A stretch of DNA of 62,660 nucleotides, filler included, from Methanobacteriota archaeon (GTDB lineage Archaea > JACRDV01), in NCBI GenBank assembly GCA_024860865.1. It is 5 parts of 5 records of this genome, joined end to end, with 100 filler letters (N's around TTAATTAATTAA, not from the genome) between each part and the next. Parts side by side here need not be neighbours in the genome. Positions count along the whole stretch, not along the records: positions 1 to 12,132 come from JACRDV010000094.1; positions 12,233 to 28,747 come from JACRDV010000093.1; 3 more parts are not named here. The stretch is one strand, 5' to 3'. Under the pieces are notes generated by a model. That model did no database searches and was not told the DNA's origin. It saw nothing but the letters and a program-made list of their open reading frames with translations. Below, in pieces: positions 9,756-19,989 of the stretch. The translations under genes were made by a program, and so were the position numbers. Numbering within the stretch: position 1 is the stretch's first letter; every line of letters starts with the position of its first letter.

Positions 9756-10541
9756 ATGATTATTTTAAAATTAGGCGGCAGTGTAATAACTTTTAAAGAA
9801 AAGCCCAACACAGCAAATTTCGGCGCCATAAATAGACTTGCAATAGAAATAAAAAGGGCAAACGTTAAACATCTAGTCATAGTCCACGGTGGCGGGTCGT
9901 ACGGGCATATAACAGCCGCGAAATACAAACTCCATCATGGATTTAAAAGACCTGAACAGCTAATTGGAATCGCATTAACTCAGAGAGCAATGCAAGAGCT
10001 GAATAGTTATATCATAAAAGCTTTAGTTTTAAAAAATGTACCAGCTGTTCCAGTTCAACCCTCTGCTTGCACAATTACTGCAAATGGCCGAATAAAGAAG
10101 ATGAATGTTGATCCAATTAAACAACTTTTGAAAAATAATATTGTTCCAGTTTTGTATGGGGATATTGTTCAAGATCTAACTCGTGGATGTGCGATACTTT
10201 CTGGCGATCAAGTTGTCAGCTATTTAGCTCCAAAATTAAGGGCAGAACGGGTAATTCTTGGATCAGATGTTGATGGTGTGTTTAAGTCAGATCCAAGGAT
10301 TAATCCACAAGCAGAATTAATCAAGGAAATTACTCCCAAAACATTCAAACAAATATTTGCAGATATAGGAGGATCGACTAGAACTGATGTTACGGGTGGG
10401 ATGCTAAACAAAATAAAGGAACTTATCATGCTCTCTAAAAGAGGTATTGAATCTGAAATTGTAAATGCGGGCAAACCAAACATAATAAAAAGGACTTTAC
10501 TAGGTGAAAGAGGATTAGGTACAATAATTCATGGTGATTAG
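9756..10541 (+). CDS. ipk: Isopentenyl phosphate kinase
   Basis: ILKLGGSVIT, HGGGSYGH, LSGD and DVTGGM motifs. Confidence 0.93.
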   Translation: MIILKLGGSVITFKEKPNTANFGAINRLAIEIKRANVKHLVIVHGGGSYGHITAAKYKLHHGFKRPEQLIGIALTQRAMQELNSYIIKALVLKNVPAVPVQPSACTITANGRIKKMNVDPIKQLLKNNIVPVLYGDIVQDLTRGCAILSGDQVVSYLAPKLRAERVILGSDVDGVFKSDPRINPQAELIKEITPKTFKQIFADIGGSTRTDVTGGMLNKIKELIMLSKRGIESEIVNAGKPNIIKRTLLGERGLGTIIHGD

Positions 10542-11658
10542 TTTGCCAGAAAAATTCCTAACCAGCAAAAGAAAATTCGAACATATTGAGATTTGCTTAA
10601 AACATAATGTTAAAATGCGCGAGAAAAGTACTGGATTTGAGGATGTAGAGTTTATTCATAGGTCATTACCTGAGATCAATAAGCACGAAATTGAAACATC
10701 AATTGACTTTTTGGGGCATACGTTGAATGCTCCGATTATTATTGCTGGTATGACTGGCGGACATCCAGTTGCAAAGAAAATAAATGCCGAACTTGCAAAA
10801 GCAGCTCAAGACTTGTCAATTGGAATGGGTATTGGAAGCCAAAGAGCTGCAATTGAAAATCCAAGTTTAGCCTATACATATGAAATTGCCAGAAAAGTCG
10901 CTCCTGATATTTTTTTGATTGCTAACCTCGGTGCACCTCAGCTTGTAAAAGGATATAGTATTGATGAGGCAAAAAAGGCTGTAAAGATGATTGATGCAGA
11001 TGCTCTTGCAATCCATCTAAATCCGCTTCAGGAGGCTCTTCAATCAGAAGGGGAAATTGAAGCACGAGGTTATTTAAAAAATATCCAAAGGATTGCTAAA
11101 GAACTTGATGTTCCAGTGATTGCAAAAGAAACTGGTGCTGGAATTTCAGGAGAAGATGCTTTGCTATTAAAAAAAGCTGGAGTAGCAGCCATAGATATCG
11201 GAGGTGCCGGCGGAACTAGTTGGTCAGGTGTTGAATCAATAAGAGCAAAAAACAGAGGAGACAAACTCGGCGAAGAGCTAGGAAAAACTTATTGGGATTG
11301 GGGAATTCCAACTGCTGTTTCTACTGTGGAAGTTGCAGAAGCAGTTGGAAACTACTTGAAAATAATTGCAACAGGTGGAATAAGGAGTGGGCTTGATGTT
11401 GCAAAAGCACTAGCACTGGGAGCTGATGCAGCAGGGGTTGCGCTGCCATTCTTAAGCCCAGCCTATAAAGAAGGAGCTAGAGCTGTAATTTTGAAATTAA
11501 AGCAGATGATCGAAGAGCTCAGAGTTGCGATGTTTCTCGTTGGAGCTAGAAATATTTCAGAGCTAAAGCAAAGTAATGTAGTTGTGGTAGGAAAAACTGC
11601 TGATTGGTTAAAAGCGCGAGGCATTAATTTAGTAAAATTATCAAAGAGGAGAAAATAA
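10531..11658 (+). CDS. fni: Type 2 isopentenyl-diphosphate delta-isomerase
   Basis: RKFEHI, GMTGG, GSQRAA, HLNPLQE, KETGAG and GAGGTSW motifs. Confidence 0.95.
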   Translation: MVISLPEKFLTSKRKFEHIEICLKHNVKMREKSTGFEDVEFIHRSLPEINKHEIETSIDFLGHTLNAPIIIAGMTGGHPVAKKINAELAKAAQDLSIGMGIGSQRAAIENPSLAYTYEIARKVAPDIFLIANLGAPQLVKGYSIDEAKKAVKMIDADALAIHLNPLQEALQSEGEIEARGYLKNIQRIAKELDVPVIAKETGAGISGEDALLLKKAGVAAIDIGGAGGTSWSGVESIRAKNRGDKLGEELGKTYWDWGIPTAVSTVEVAEAVGNYLKIIATGGIRSGLDVAKALALGADAAGVALPFLSPAYKEGARAVILKLKQMIEELRVAMFLVGARNISELKQSNVVVVGKTADWLKARGINLVKLSKRRK

Positions 11659-11659
11659 C

Positions 11660-12132
11660 TTGAGTGATATCCCACCCCAAATAAATTTAGCACTGGAAAA
11701 ATGGGGACCATTAATAGAACAGGAAATCAAAAGAGTAATTTCTAAGGAATATCCTGTTCCAAATTTCTATGATGCGATGACATATGCTTTAGAAACAGGT
11801 GGAAAGCGAGTAAGACCTCTTTTATGCCTAGTTGTGTGCGAGAGCCTTGGTGGAGATCCAATCAAGGCATTACCGTTTGCGGCTGCTGTGGAGATGTTGC
11901 ATAATTATTTGCTAGTCCATGATGATATAGAAGATCACGACAGAGTAAGGCGCGGTAAGCCCGCTGTTTGGGTGAAATATGGATTAGAACATGGAATAAA
12001 TATTGGAGATGGAATGCATGCTAAGGTCTATGAGATAGTTCTCAATTCAAGGGATGTTGGATTAGATGGAAAGACTGTGCTCAAACTGATCAAAGTGATT
12101 ACAGATACAACTATTTTTACAGCTGAAGGACA
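11660..12132 (+). CDS. idsA: Polyprenyl (geranylgeranyl) diphosphate synthase, truncated by contig end
   Basis: GGKRVRP and HDDIEDHDRVRRGKP motifs. Confidence 0.88.
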
Positions 12133-12232
12133 NNNNNNNNNNNNNNNNNNNNNNNNNNNNNNNNNNNNNNNNNNNNTTAATTAATTAANNNNNNNNNNNN
12201 NNNNNNNNNNNNNNNNNNNNNNNNNNNNNNNN
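12133..12232. other. Artificial contig spacer
   Basis: N44-TTAATTAATTAA-N44, giving stops in all six frames. Confidence 0.98.
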
Positions 12233-12840
12233 ACCGTTTTAATTCCTTTTTCCACATCGATGGCGTTTTGAATTGCTTTTGCAACTTCATGATAGAAATT
12301 TGCCTTAACTTCTGCTCTAACCTTCCATTCAGCTTGTTTCCCAGGAATTGACCTCTCAATTTTTCCAGCTTGGTCAATACCATATTGTCGAATTATTGCT
12401 AGATCTGCCTCTCCTTCATCCATAGTAACGACTAAAACATATGGCACTCGAACAGCTCTTTCTGCTTCTTTTAACCTTTGAAGTTGGTCCGGCTTCCAAC
12501 CTTGTTCTTTCTCAATAGTTAAAACAGTTCTAGGTTCAACTTCAATTGTGTGGTGAGCTCCGATTGATTCATCGCCAGCTTCAATTGTTCCAAGGATTCT
12601 AAGCCTGTTTGTGTATTTGTGAAACTCAAGATTTTTTACTCTAATTCCAAGATAAACTGGTCTTTTTTCAAAAGCTTCTGGCCTTAGCTTATCAGGTCGT
12701 TCAATTTCGACTCTGCGAAATGTCTTTGCAAAAACAATATCTCCAAGCTCTATGACGTGGGATAAGTGCCATAGGTCATCCAAAGTTTGAGCTCTAACCT
12801 TTACTTTGTTATGATCTAAATCCTTTTCAATGACTCGCAT
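12233..12840 (-). CDS. pelA: Pelota ribosome-rescue factor, truncated by contig end
   Basis: DDLWHLSHVIELGD, EFHKYTNRLRILG and HHTIEV motifs. Confidence 0.95.
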
Positions 12841-12913
12841 TTTTCTCAAACTCGCAAAATCTAATTTATTGTATTTGTCTTAATTCTAAAACAAAGTCCT
12901 ATTATTAGGTTAT

Positions 12914-14917
12914 TTATTTTGAAATTTCACTGGAACCTGGAGGAAGTGCGCGCAATAAATCATCGGCCGTTATAAACTGGTGAATTAAAGCCTTGTCAGC
13001 ATCAGATGCTATTTGTAAAAAAGTGCCCAGCAACTGCTTGGCAAGTTGCGCGCGATCTATCCGACCTGGTTTTAAGGTTACCCAATATTTTGCTAGTTTC
13101 TGTATGGGTTCTACAGGACCAGCTATTATTTTAGCCTCATTATCAATTTTGATTCCAATGGCTAAGCTGAGTTCGATATTGCGAATATAGTTTCTAGTCC
13201 CACGTATCATAAAAGCCCCACGAGGCAGATATTCTCCAGGTGGAGGAGTTTTTGAAACTTGTTCAGGCTTAACCCAATAAACATCGGCGGAGAAAATTCT
13301 ATGTTTCCATGTACTAGCGTAGGCTGCTGCAAATTCAGCCGCTTCCTTGATGGTTTGTTCTTGTACTGGTTTTCCTTCTGTTTTTATTACAACAACCGGA
13401 GCTCCATGAGCATCAGAATGTAAGAAAAGATCCTCTGGTTGCATATATTTTTTAACTACCTCTTCATTAGAAGGTGCTCCTCGGCCACCAATAACTAAAA
13501 AACCATCAGATGAAATGAACCATCTTAATCTTTCAAACCATTGTACTTTTCTTTTTACTCGCTTTGTTGGGATTGCTTTCTCTATTTCAATTGCTGTTAA
13601 TCCCATTTCTCTTAGTTTAGAAATTTCTCGCAAAGTAGCCTCGACTGCCTTTTGTGCTCCTAGGACTTTCTCTCTCTGCTTTTTGGCTTTTTTATAGAAC
13701 TCCTGAGCATTCTCAGATAGCTTTTTTCTAAAATCGATGTCGACTTCAACTACTTTAGCACGATCTAGGCTCTGCAGCTTAAGTAAAAGTAACCCTTGTT
13801 TGGGTTTAACTTCTTTTATTATATTTGCCTGGGGTAATGTTTTAATTTGCTTTAAGATTTCATCCCAAGACAATTTTTTCTTCGCTTCTCCAAGCCATGC
13901 TAGCAAATTTTCTATCTGAACTTTATTGTTATAAATTAAATCTCCCATTTCTTGGAATTCAAATTCCCTCGTTTTAAATTGCTCCAAGCTTTTTTGTTGT
14001 TTTGCTAAACGTCTTTCAATATCAGCAATTTTTTCAGCAAGTTTTTGTTCTTTTAGTTTCTCAAGCCTTAGCACCTCAGTTGAGCTGAAAAATTCATCAA
14101 GGGCTTGATTGAAGTTATCGAATTGTCTTTTAGTAAAGCCAGTATATCTTGTAAGTTCAAATGGAACCACATCAAGAAATTTTTCATTTTCTAATACAAT
14201 AGTTGGCATAAACTGCTTCGATTTTAAAGGCTCAAAGGTTTTTTGGATAGCTTGATAAACTATTCGTATCTCATTTGGAGTTAACTCTTGGGTGAGCTTA
14301 TTCTTATCAATAGAAGCATTAGCGCATATTTCTTCAGCATAAAGACCTCCAATATTGAATTGCGTAGCTAAACAGCGAACTAAATCAGTTTTGCTAGCTT
14401 TAAAAAGCGAGGACAATCCTTCGAGTGTAATTTCAAGTGGATTAAGTTTACTTGGTGGATAACGATATTTTTCACCAGGATGAATTGTCCTATCCTTAAA
14501 GCGTTGGATTTTAAGTGATTGGATAATAGAATAATCTGAAGTTGTTAAAACAATGTTGCCTCGGCTAAACAGTTCATTAATTAAAATATATTCTGCCTCA
14601 CGTGAAAATTTAAGCTCTACAATTCGATCAAAATCGAATTGGGTAATATCGATTAATCTAGCATTATCTAGATATTTTCTAAGTCCCATTGAAAAGTTGG
14701 TTGGAGTTATAGGAGCTGGTCTTGGATATTGAGTTATGTGGAGACGTTTACTCGCCTCTATAACCAAGTCTATAGTGCCTAACCCAACTTGATAAAGGCG
14801 GATTAAAATTTCATTCTCAGCAGTTTGATATACTTTCTCAACTCTCGCGCCGATAAGTTTATCTTTTAATTCCTTTACAATAACCGAAACATCAACGCTG
14901 CTTACTTCAGTCTTCAT
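12914..14917 (-). CDS. rqcH: Rqc2/NEMF (NFACT) ribosome quality control protein
   Basis: SSVDV, FDRIV, ELFSRGNIVL, WFERLRWFISSDG and GEYLPRGAFMIRG motifs. Confidence 0.93.
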   Translation of the reverse strand: MKTEVSSVDVSVIVKELKDKLIGARVEKVYQTAENEILIRLYQVGLGTIDLVIEASKRLHITQYPRPAPITPTNFSMGLRKYLDNARLIDITQFDFDRIVELKFSREAEYILINELFSRGNIVLTTSDYSIIQSLKIQRFKDRTIHPGEKYRYPPSKLNPLEITLEGLSSLFKASKTDLVRCLATQFNIGGLYAEEICANASIDKNKLTQELTPNEIRIVYQAIQKTFEPLKSKQFMPTIVLENEKFLDVVPFELTRYTGFTKRQFDNFNQALDEFFSSTEVLRLEKLKEQKLAEKIADIERRLAKQQKSLEQFKTREFEFQEMGDLIYNNKVQIENLLAWLGEAKKKLSWDEILKQIKTLPQANIIKEVKPKQGLLLLKLQSLDRAKVVEVDIDFRKKLSENAQEFYKKAKKQREKVLGAQKAVEATLREISKLREMGLTAIEIEKAIPTKRVKRKVQWFERLRWFISSDGFLVIGGRGAPSNEEVVKKYMQPEDLFLHSDAHGAPVVVIKTEGKPVQEQTIKEAAEFAAAYASTWKHRIFSADVYWVKPEQVSKTPPPGEYLPRGAFMIRGTRNYIRNIELSLAIGIKIDNEAKIIAGPVEPIQKLAKYWVTLKPGRIDRAQLAKQLLGTFLQIASDADKALIHQFITADDLLRALPPGSSEISK

Positions 14918-14940
14918 TCTTTATGCACCGGGGAATTAAT

Positions 14941-15204
14941 GTGGATGCAGAAACTAAAACAATAGCATTGCATTCAATCAGTGGGTTTATAGCAGGTATT
15001 CTTTGCGTTATAGTTAAAACAAATTGGGTTGGAGCATTGCTTGCGTTTGGAATATTAGCTCTTTCGATATTTATTACTACTCGTGTACTGAAAATATCCA
15101 CTGAAACGCTTGGTGGCAGCACTATGAGTTGGGTAGGTAATGCAATATGGCCCTTTTTGTCTATTTGGTTGGTAACGTGGATTTTATTGTATAACTTAAT
15201 GTAA
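14941..15204 (+). CDS. EMC6-like small membrane protein
   Basis: Three hydrophobic segments and a C-terminal FLSIWLVTWILLYN pattern; GTG start after GGGA (ATG 14923 also possible). Confidence 0.65.
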   Translation: MDAETKTIALHSISGFIAGILCVIVKTNWVGALLAFGILALSIFITTRVLKISTETLGGSTMSWVGNAIWPFLSIWLVTWILLYNLM

Positions 15205-15326
15205 GGCCATTGAGAAATGGTAGATTAAAAACTTTAGACCAGTAGAACAAAATCCACTTTTAAAAAGATATTTTAAAAGTTGACTTTCTAAAGAATATTG
15301 TAATTACATCATTATGGGGGTAGTTT

Positions 15327-17126
15327 ATGCCGCGCATAGCTGTTATTGACCGCAATCGATGTCAGCCAAAAAAATGCGGCACTGAGTGCATTAAATACTG
15401 CCCCAGAGTAAGAGCAGGTGATGAGACAGTAAAGTTTGCTGAAGATGGTAAACCTATCATCATCGAAGAACTTTGTCCTGGCTGTGGGATTTGCACTCAT
15501 AAATGCCCATTTGAAGCAATAATGATCATAAATTTGCCAGAAGAGTTAGCTGAAGATTGCATCCATCAATATGGACCTAATGGTTTTCGGCTATATAGGT
15601 TGCCAATTCCAAGGTTTAGCAGTGTTACAGGTATTATCGGACCTAATGGAGTTGGAAAAACAACAGCTATCCGAGTTCTAGCCGGGGAGGTTAAGCCTAA
15701 CCTTGGAAGGTTGAAGGAGAAACTAAAATGGGATGATATTATTCAAATTTTTTCTGGTACAGAATTACAAAATTATTTTACTAAGTTGGTCAACAAGCGC
15801 ATTAAAGTGGTCCATAAACCACAAGAAGTAGATAAACTTCCCAGGGCTGTGCGTGGAGTAACTCACAAATTGCTTGAAAGGGTCGATGAAAGAGGAATTG
15901 TAAAAGATTTAATTGATAAACTTCAGCTAAAAGAAGTGCTTGATAGAAAGCTTTCTCAGCTCAGCGGAGGAGAACTGCAGCGAGTTGCAATTGCAGCAGC
16001 TATTGCAAAGGAAAGCGATGTAATAATTTTTGATGAACCTTCAAGCTACTTAGATATATACCAGCGTTTAAATACAGCTAAGGTAATTAGAGAGCAAGCA
16101 TTATCTGGCAAAGCAGTAATTGTAATTGAGCATGATTTAGCAGTTTTAGATTATCTTTCAGATTATGTTCATGTTATGTATGGTCAACCTACCGGATATG
16201 GTGTAGTTAGCAGCCCAAAGAGCGTGAGAGTTGGAATTAATGTATATTTGCAAGGCTATCTTAAAGAAGAAAATATCAGATTTAGAAAAGAGCCAGTTAA
16301 ATTTGAGGTTAGACCCCCAACCGAGCGTTGGGAAGGCGAGACGCTAGTTCGTTTTAAAAATATTGTAAAACGGTATGAAGGATTTGAAGTTAAAGTCGAG
16401 CAAGGGGAAGTTTGTAAGGGCGAAGTTATTGGCGTTCTTGGCCCAAATGCAACTGGAAAAACTACTTTTGCAAGAATTCTTGCAGGCGAAATCAAACCAA
16501 ATAAAGGAACTGTTGACAAAACTGTTACTATAGCTTACAAACCGCAGTATATTACAACCAAGATCGATGAACCCGTGGCTGAATATCTCAGGAAAGCGAA
16601 TCCAGATAAATTTGGCACAAGTATATACAATACAGAAATTTTAAGACCTCTTGACATTAAACCACTTTACGATAGATTGTTATCCGAACTTAGCGGAGGA
16701 GAACTCCAACGGGTTGTAATTGCAGCGACTTTGAGCAAAGACACCCAATTTTATTTACTTGATGAACCATCTGCACATCTTGATGTTGAACAAAGGATGG
16801 CTGTTGCGAAAGTCATTAGAAGAATTGCCGAAAAACGCGAAGCTGGCGCTATGGTTATTGACCATGATATTTTGTTTTTGGACTATATAAGTGATAGGCT
16901 GATGGTATTTTTAGGTAAGCCGGGTATAACCGGAGATGCATTTGGGCCATTTGATCTAAGGACCGGTATGAATACGTTTCTAAAAGAGGTTGGAGTAACA
17001 TTTAGGAGAGATGAAACTACAGGGCGCCCTCGCGTAAACAAAGCCGATAGCTACTTAGATAGAGAGCAAAAAAGGTTGGGAGAATATTATTATACGGTTA
17101 TAACCCCTGAGAAGAGCGAGGCATAG
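15327..17126 (+). CDS. rli: ABCE1/RLI ribosome recycling ATPase
   Basis: N-terminal 2x[4Fe-4S] Cys motifs; two ABC domains (GPNGVGKT, GPNATGKT, LSGGELQR twice). Confidence 0.97.
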   Translation: MPRIAVIDRNRCQPKKCGTECIKYCPRVRAGDETVKFAEDGKPIIIEELCPGCGICTHKCPFEAIMIINLPEELAEDCIHQYGPNGFRLYRLPIPRFSSVTGIIGPNGVGKTTAIRVLAGEVKPNLGRLKEKLKWDDIIQIFSGTELQNYFTKLVNKRIKVVHKPQEVDKLPRAVRGVTHKLLERVDERGIVKDLIDKLQLKEVLDRKLSQLSGGELQRVAIAAAIAKESDVIIFDEPSSYLDIYQRLNTAKVIREQALSGKAVIVIEHDLAVLDYLSDYVHVMYGQPTGYGVVSSPKSVRVGINVYLQGYLKEENIRFRKEPVKFEVRPPTERWEGETLVRFKNIVKRYEGFEVKVEQGEVCKGEVIGVLGPNATGKTTFARILAGEIKPNKGTVDKTVTIAYKPQYITTKIDEPVAEYLRKANPDKFGTSIYNTEILRPLDIKPLYDRLLSELSGGELQRVVIAATLSKDTQFYLLDEPSAHLDVEQRMAVAKVIRRIAEKREAGAMVIDHDILFLDYISDRLMVFLGKPGITGDAFGPFDLRTGMNTFLKEVGVTFRRDETTGRPRVNKADSYLDREQKRLGEYYYTVITPEKSEA

Positions 17127-17130
17127 ATAC

Positions 17131-17247
17131 ATGGGCAAACTAAAAAAGCGCAAGCTTGAGAAAAAGGGCTCTGAAAAGCAAAAGGGCAGAAATGAGAAAC
17201 TTTTAGAGCAAGAAATGAAAGAGCTTAAAGAAAAACTTTCAAGTTAA
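17131..17247 (+). CDS. Putative 38-aa basic peptide
   Basis: MGKLKKRKLEKKGSEKQKGRNEKLLEQEMKELKEKLSS; starts 4 nt after the ABCE1 stop; below the ORF-track cutoff. Confidence 0.45.
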   Translation: MGKLKKRKLEKKGSEKQKGRNEKLLEQEMKELKEKLSS

Positions 17248-17270
17248 TAAAGATTACTCTTTTAATTAAA

Positions 17271-18260
17271 TTATTTTTTTAAAGGAGTGGCGTGCCTCAA
17301 TATAATGCCCTGTTTCTTATTTATAACAAATTGAACAATTCCAGTGGTATGGTCTGTTCTCAGCATTTTGCAAATTCTTAAATATCGATTTAGTTTTTTG
17401 CGTTCCTCAACGAGTAAGAGCTCAATTATTCCATCCTCAAAGAAAGCAAGATGGGGCATTATATCATCATAAACCCCCTTATGAAAAACATGCAGTCCTA
17501 ATATATTGCTGGCGCTAAATCTAGCTTTTCGCGTTTTAATAAAATCAACTGCTGGCTTAGTTTCCATTTGAGCAAGCATTTCATTTATCGAATCTATTAC
17601 ATAAACCCCTTTTGTTGCTTTCCCTCCTCCAACTTCACCCCAAACATGTTCAAAGGCTTTTGCCCATTGGAGATGGTCACGAGGATTTTCAATAAAATAT
17701 TCGACAGTTGATTTAGGAGGTGCTCCAGTTCTCCACGAAAAAGCATCGATAAATCGAAATTGATTTTCAGCTTCAAAACTTGAAACGTTCCAACCAAAAC
17801 GCTCCATGTTTTTTCTAATTTGTAATGGGGGTTCATCAAGTGCAATATAAATGCAAGGATCGCCTTGTTTTAACCGCGCATAAATAATTTGTTGGCAAAA
17901 TATAGATTTCCCAACCCCAAGATCACCAACTACCAATATGCTTGCTCCTTTAGGAATTCCTCCTTCAATTAAATCGTCAAGTCTTGAGACTCCTGTTTTT
18001 ACTCTTTCAATTTTTGCTTCAATTGCTTGAATTAACTCTTGTTTAGTAGGTAAACCTGTAAATCTAATAGTTCCATCAATAATAATAGTTGGAACTTTTT
18101 TTATATCGTAGCGCAATGCTTCCTTAGGATCCTTCAAAAGGTCATAAACTTTAACCTCTACCTGATCTTCAAAAGTTTTAGCGATATCGTTCACTAGACT
18201 TAATGCTTCTGGGGAAGCAACATCTATTTCTGATTTAAAAACTTCCAGTAAAACAGCCAT
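17271..18260 (-). CDS. Thioredoxin-fold (CxxC-less, KaiB-like) domain fused to a single-domain KaiC/RAD55 ATPase
   Basis: N-terminal VKVYDLLKDPKEALRYDIKKVPTIII; then RVKTGVSRLDDLIEGGIP, Walker A GDLGVGKS, Walker B VIDS and KMLRTDH. Confidence 0.85.
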   Translation of the reverse strand: MAVLLEVFKSEIDVASPEALSLVNDIAKTFEDQVEVKVYDLLKDPKEALRYDIKKVPTIIIDGTIRFTGLPTKQELIQAIEAKIERVKTGVSRLDDLIEGGIPKGASILVVGDLGVGKSIFCQQIIYARLKQGDPCIYIALDEPPLQIRKNMERFGWNVSSFEAENQFRFIDAFSWRTGAPPKSTVEYFIENPRDHLQWAKAFEHVWGEVGGGKATKGVYVIDSINEMLAQMETKPAVDFIKTRKARFSASNILGLHVFHKGVYDDIMPHLAFFEDGIIELLLVEERKKLNRYLRICKMLRTDHTTGIVQFVINKKQGIILRHATPLKK

Positions 18261-18330
18261 TTTCTAATCACTTAATTACAAAATAGCAAAGTCGGCAAAT
18301 AACTTTTTGGTAAACAGTTGTATACTGATT

Positions 18331-19542
18331 TTAAACCGAGAAAAAAAGATTATTATTCAATTCATTCATAGCTTTTGGAAATGCTTCAGCGAACTTCTCT
18401 ACATGTTTTGTTGGTATTGAAAAACTAACTCTTAAATAACGATGGCCAAATCGCTTGCTTGTATAACTCCCTTCTCTGGTAAATATATTGTATTTTTCAA
18501 GCAAATGGCTCATTATATCGATTGGGCGAATACCAGTGTCGAGGAGGTCTATTACAAACATGCTAGCTTGTGCTGGATAAATTGGCAAAAATGCTTTCGG
18601 TACTTTTTCAACAGCATCTTTAATTAATTTCTGATTCTCACGGGTTTCTTTTTTAATTAAAGGCAACCATACTGGCTTAGTTTTTAATGCAGCTAGGGCG
18701 ACCCTTTGAGAAAGGAAATTTGTTCCCAAATCATTTATTATAAAATTTTTAGCATTATTAACCATTTCTTTTAAACTGACAATTGCTCCAATTCTCAAAC
18801 CTGCTAGAGCATAACTTTTTGAAAAGCTGTAAATTGTAAAAGTCCGCTCTGGAGCATATTTTGCCGCTAAGGCATGTTTGTCTGAAAAATCTCGATAAGT
18901 AACATCATGTATTATGATTAAGTCATGCTCCTTTGCAATATCTGCGAAAGCTTTGATTTCATCTTCAGTATGAGCATATCCCAATGGATTTAATGGATCC
19001 ACCAATATCAATAATTTTGTATTTTCTTTAATTTCACCTTTAACTGCTTCGGGTTTAAGTCTATAGTTTAGTTCAGGAGAATATATTGGAACATAACTTA
19101 CGTGCCCGCCCCATCTCTCAACAAATTTTCCGATTATCATATACCCCGGGTCACTTATTATCGCATGGTCACCAACTCTGATAATAGAACTAACAACTAT
19201 ATGGAGCCCTTCAGTTCCTCCAGAAGTTATTAAAACATCATGATCGGGTAACTTTAGATCTTGTGCAATTGCTTCGCGAAGTTCAGAGAAGCCGCCAGGA
19301 GGCGGGTATTTTTGGAACTCACTGTTTTCAATAACTTTGAGAGCTGCATTTTTAATCTCTTTATTAATTTCAAGGTGGTTTGTGTTTTGTCCCATCCAAA
19401 TTATATTTTTACTCGCAATGAGATATTCCCACATTTCATCTTGGCTTTTAAAACGCTCAACAAGTGGTTTAGGTAAAGTTGCTTCGGACTCCTTTAAAGT
19501 TGTTTCAGATTTTTTCATATTTTTCACGCTACCTTTTGACAA
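18331..19542 (-). CDS. PLP-dependent aminotransferase class I/II
   Basis: YPPPGGFSELRE, DPLNPLG, HDVTY and SFSKSYALAGLRIG motifs; start could be ATG 19518. Confidence 0.9.
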   Translation of the reverse strand: MSKGSVKNMKKSETTLKESEATLPKPLVERFKSQDEMWEYLIASKNIIWMGQNTNHLEINKEIKNAALKVIENSEFQKYPPPGGFSELREAIAQDLKLPDHDVLITSGGTEGLHIVVSSIIRVGDHAIISDPGYMIIGKFVERWGGHVSYVPIYSPELNYRLKPEAVKGEIKENTKLLILVDPLNPLGYAHTEDEIKAFADIAKEHDLIIIHDVTYRDFSDKHALAAKYAPERTFTIYSFSKSYALAGLRIGAIVSLKEMVNNAKNFIINDLGTNFLSQRVALAALKTKPVWLPLIKKETRENQKLIKDAVEKVPKAFLPIYPAQASMFVIDLLDTGIRPIDIMSHLLEKYNIFTREGSYTSKRFGHRYLRVSFSIPTKHVEKFAEAFPKAMNELNNNLFFSV

Positions 19543-19989
19543 AACTCCGCGGTATTTTTGATAATTAAACGGTAGGAAAGTGATTAATTCTATAAATAGT
19601 TTGTCGTCTCATGTATTCCCCGTATCTGCTACAAAAAGATGCTTGCCATAACTGAAGACTCCCTGAGGCATGTCAATCTAGAAAGTTTAGGTATGCTAAA
19701 TATATTTGGATATTTGTCTATCTCCCAAGACCTGATTTCAAAATCAGCTGTTGACCATTTCTCGTTGGTATAGAATTCCAAATTAACACCCGGTTATTTC
19801 TTGCATCCGAAACTACATTTTTTTTCAACTTAGCACCTGATTTCTTTGTATAGCCTTTGGTCGAGAGTCTTGGCGTCGTGTTGAATTGAGCATCGAAAAA
19901 ATTTTTAAAAATAACTAAACAAAAGTTTAAAAGAATTTTTACATAGAATTTTTTGCACTTTTATACTCTGGATCTATTAGACGTGTGCT

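Noticed and set aside
12133-12232. TTAATTAATTAA flanked by N runs, recurring four times
   Set aside because: An identical 100-bp artificial contig linker; not a biological repeat, and adjacency across it carries no meaning
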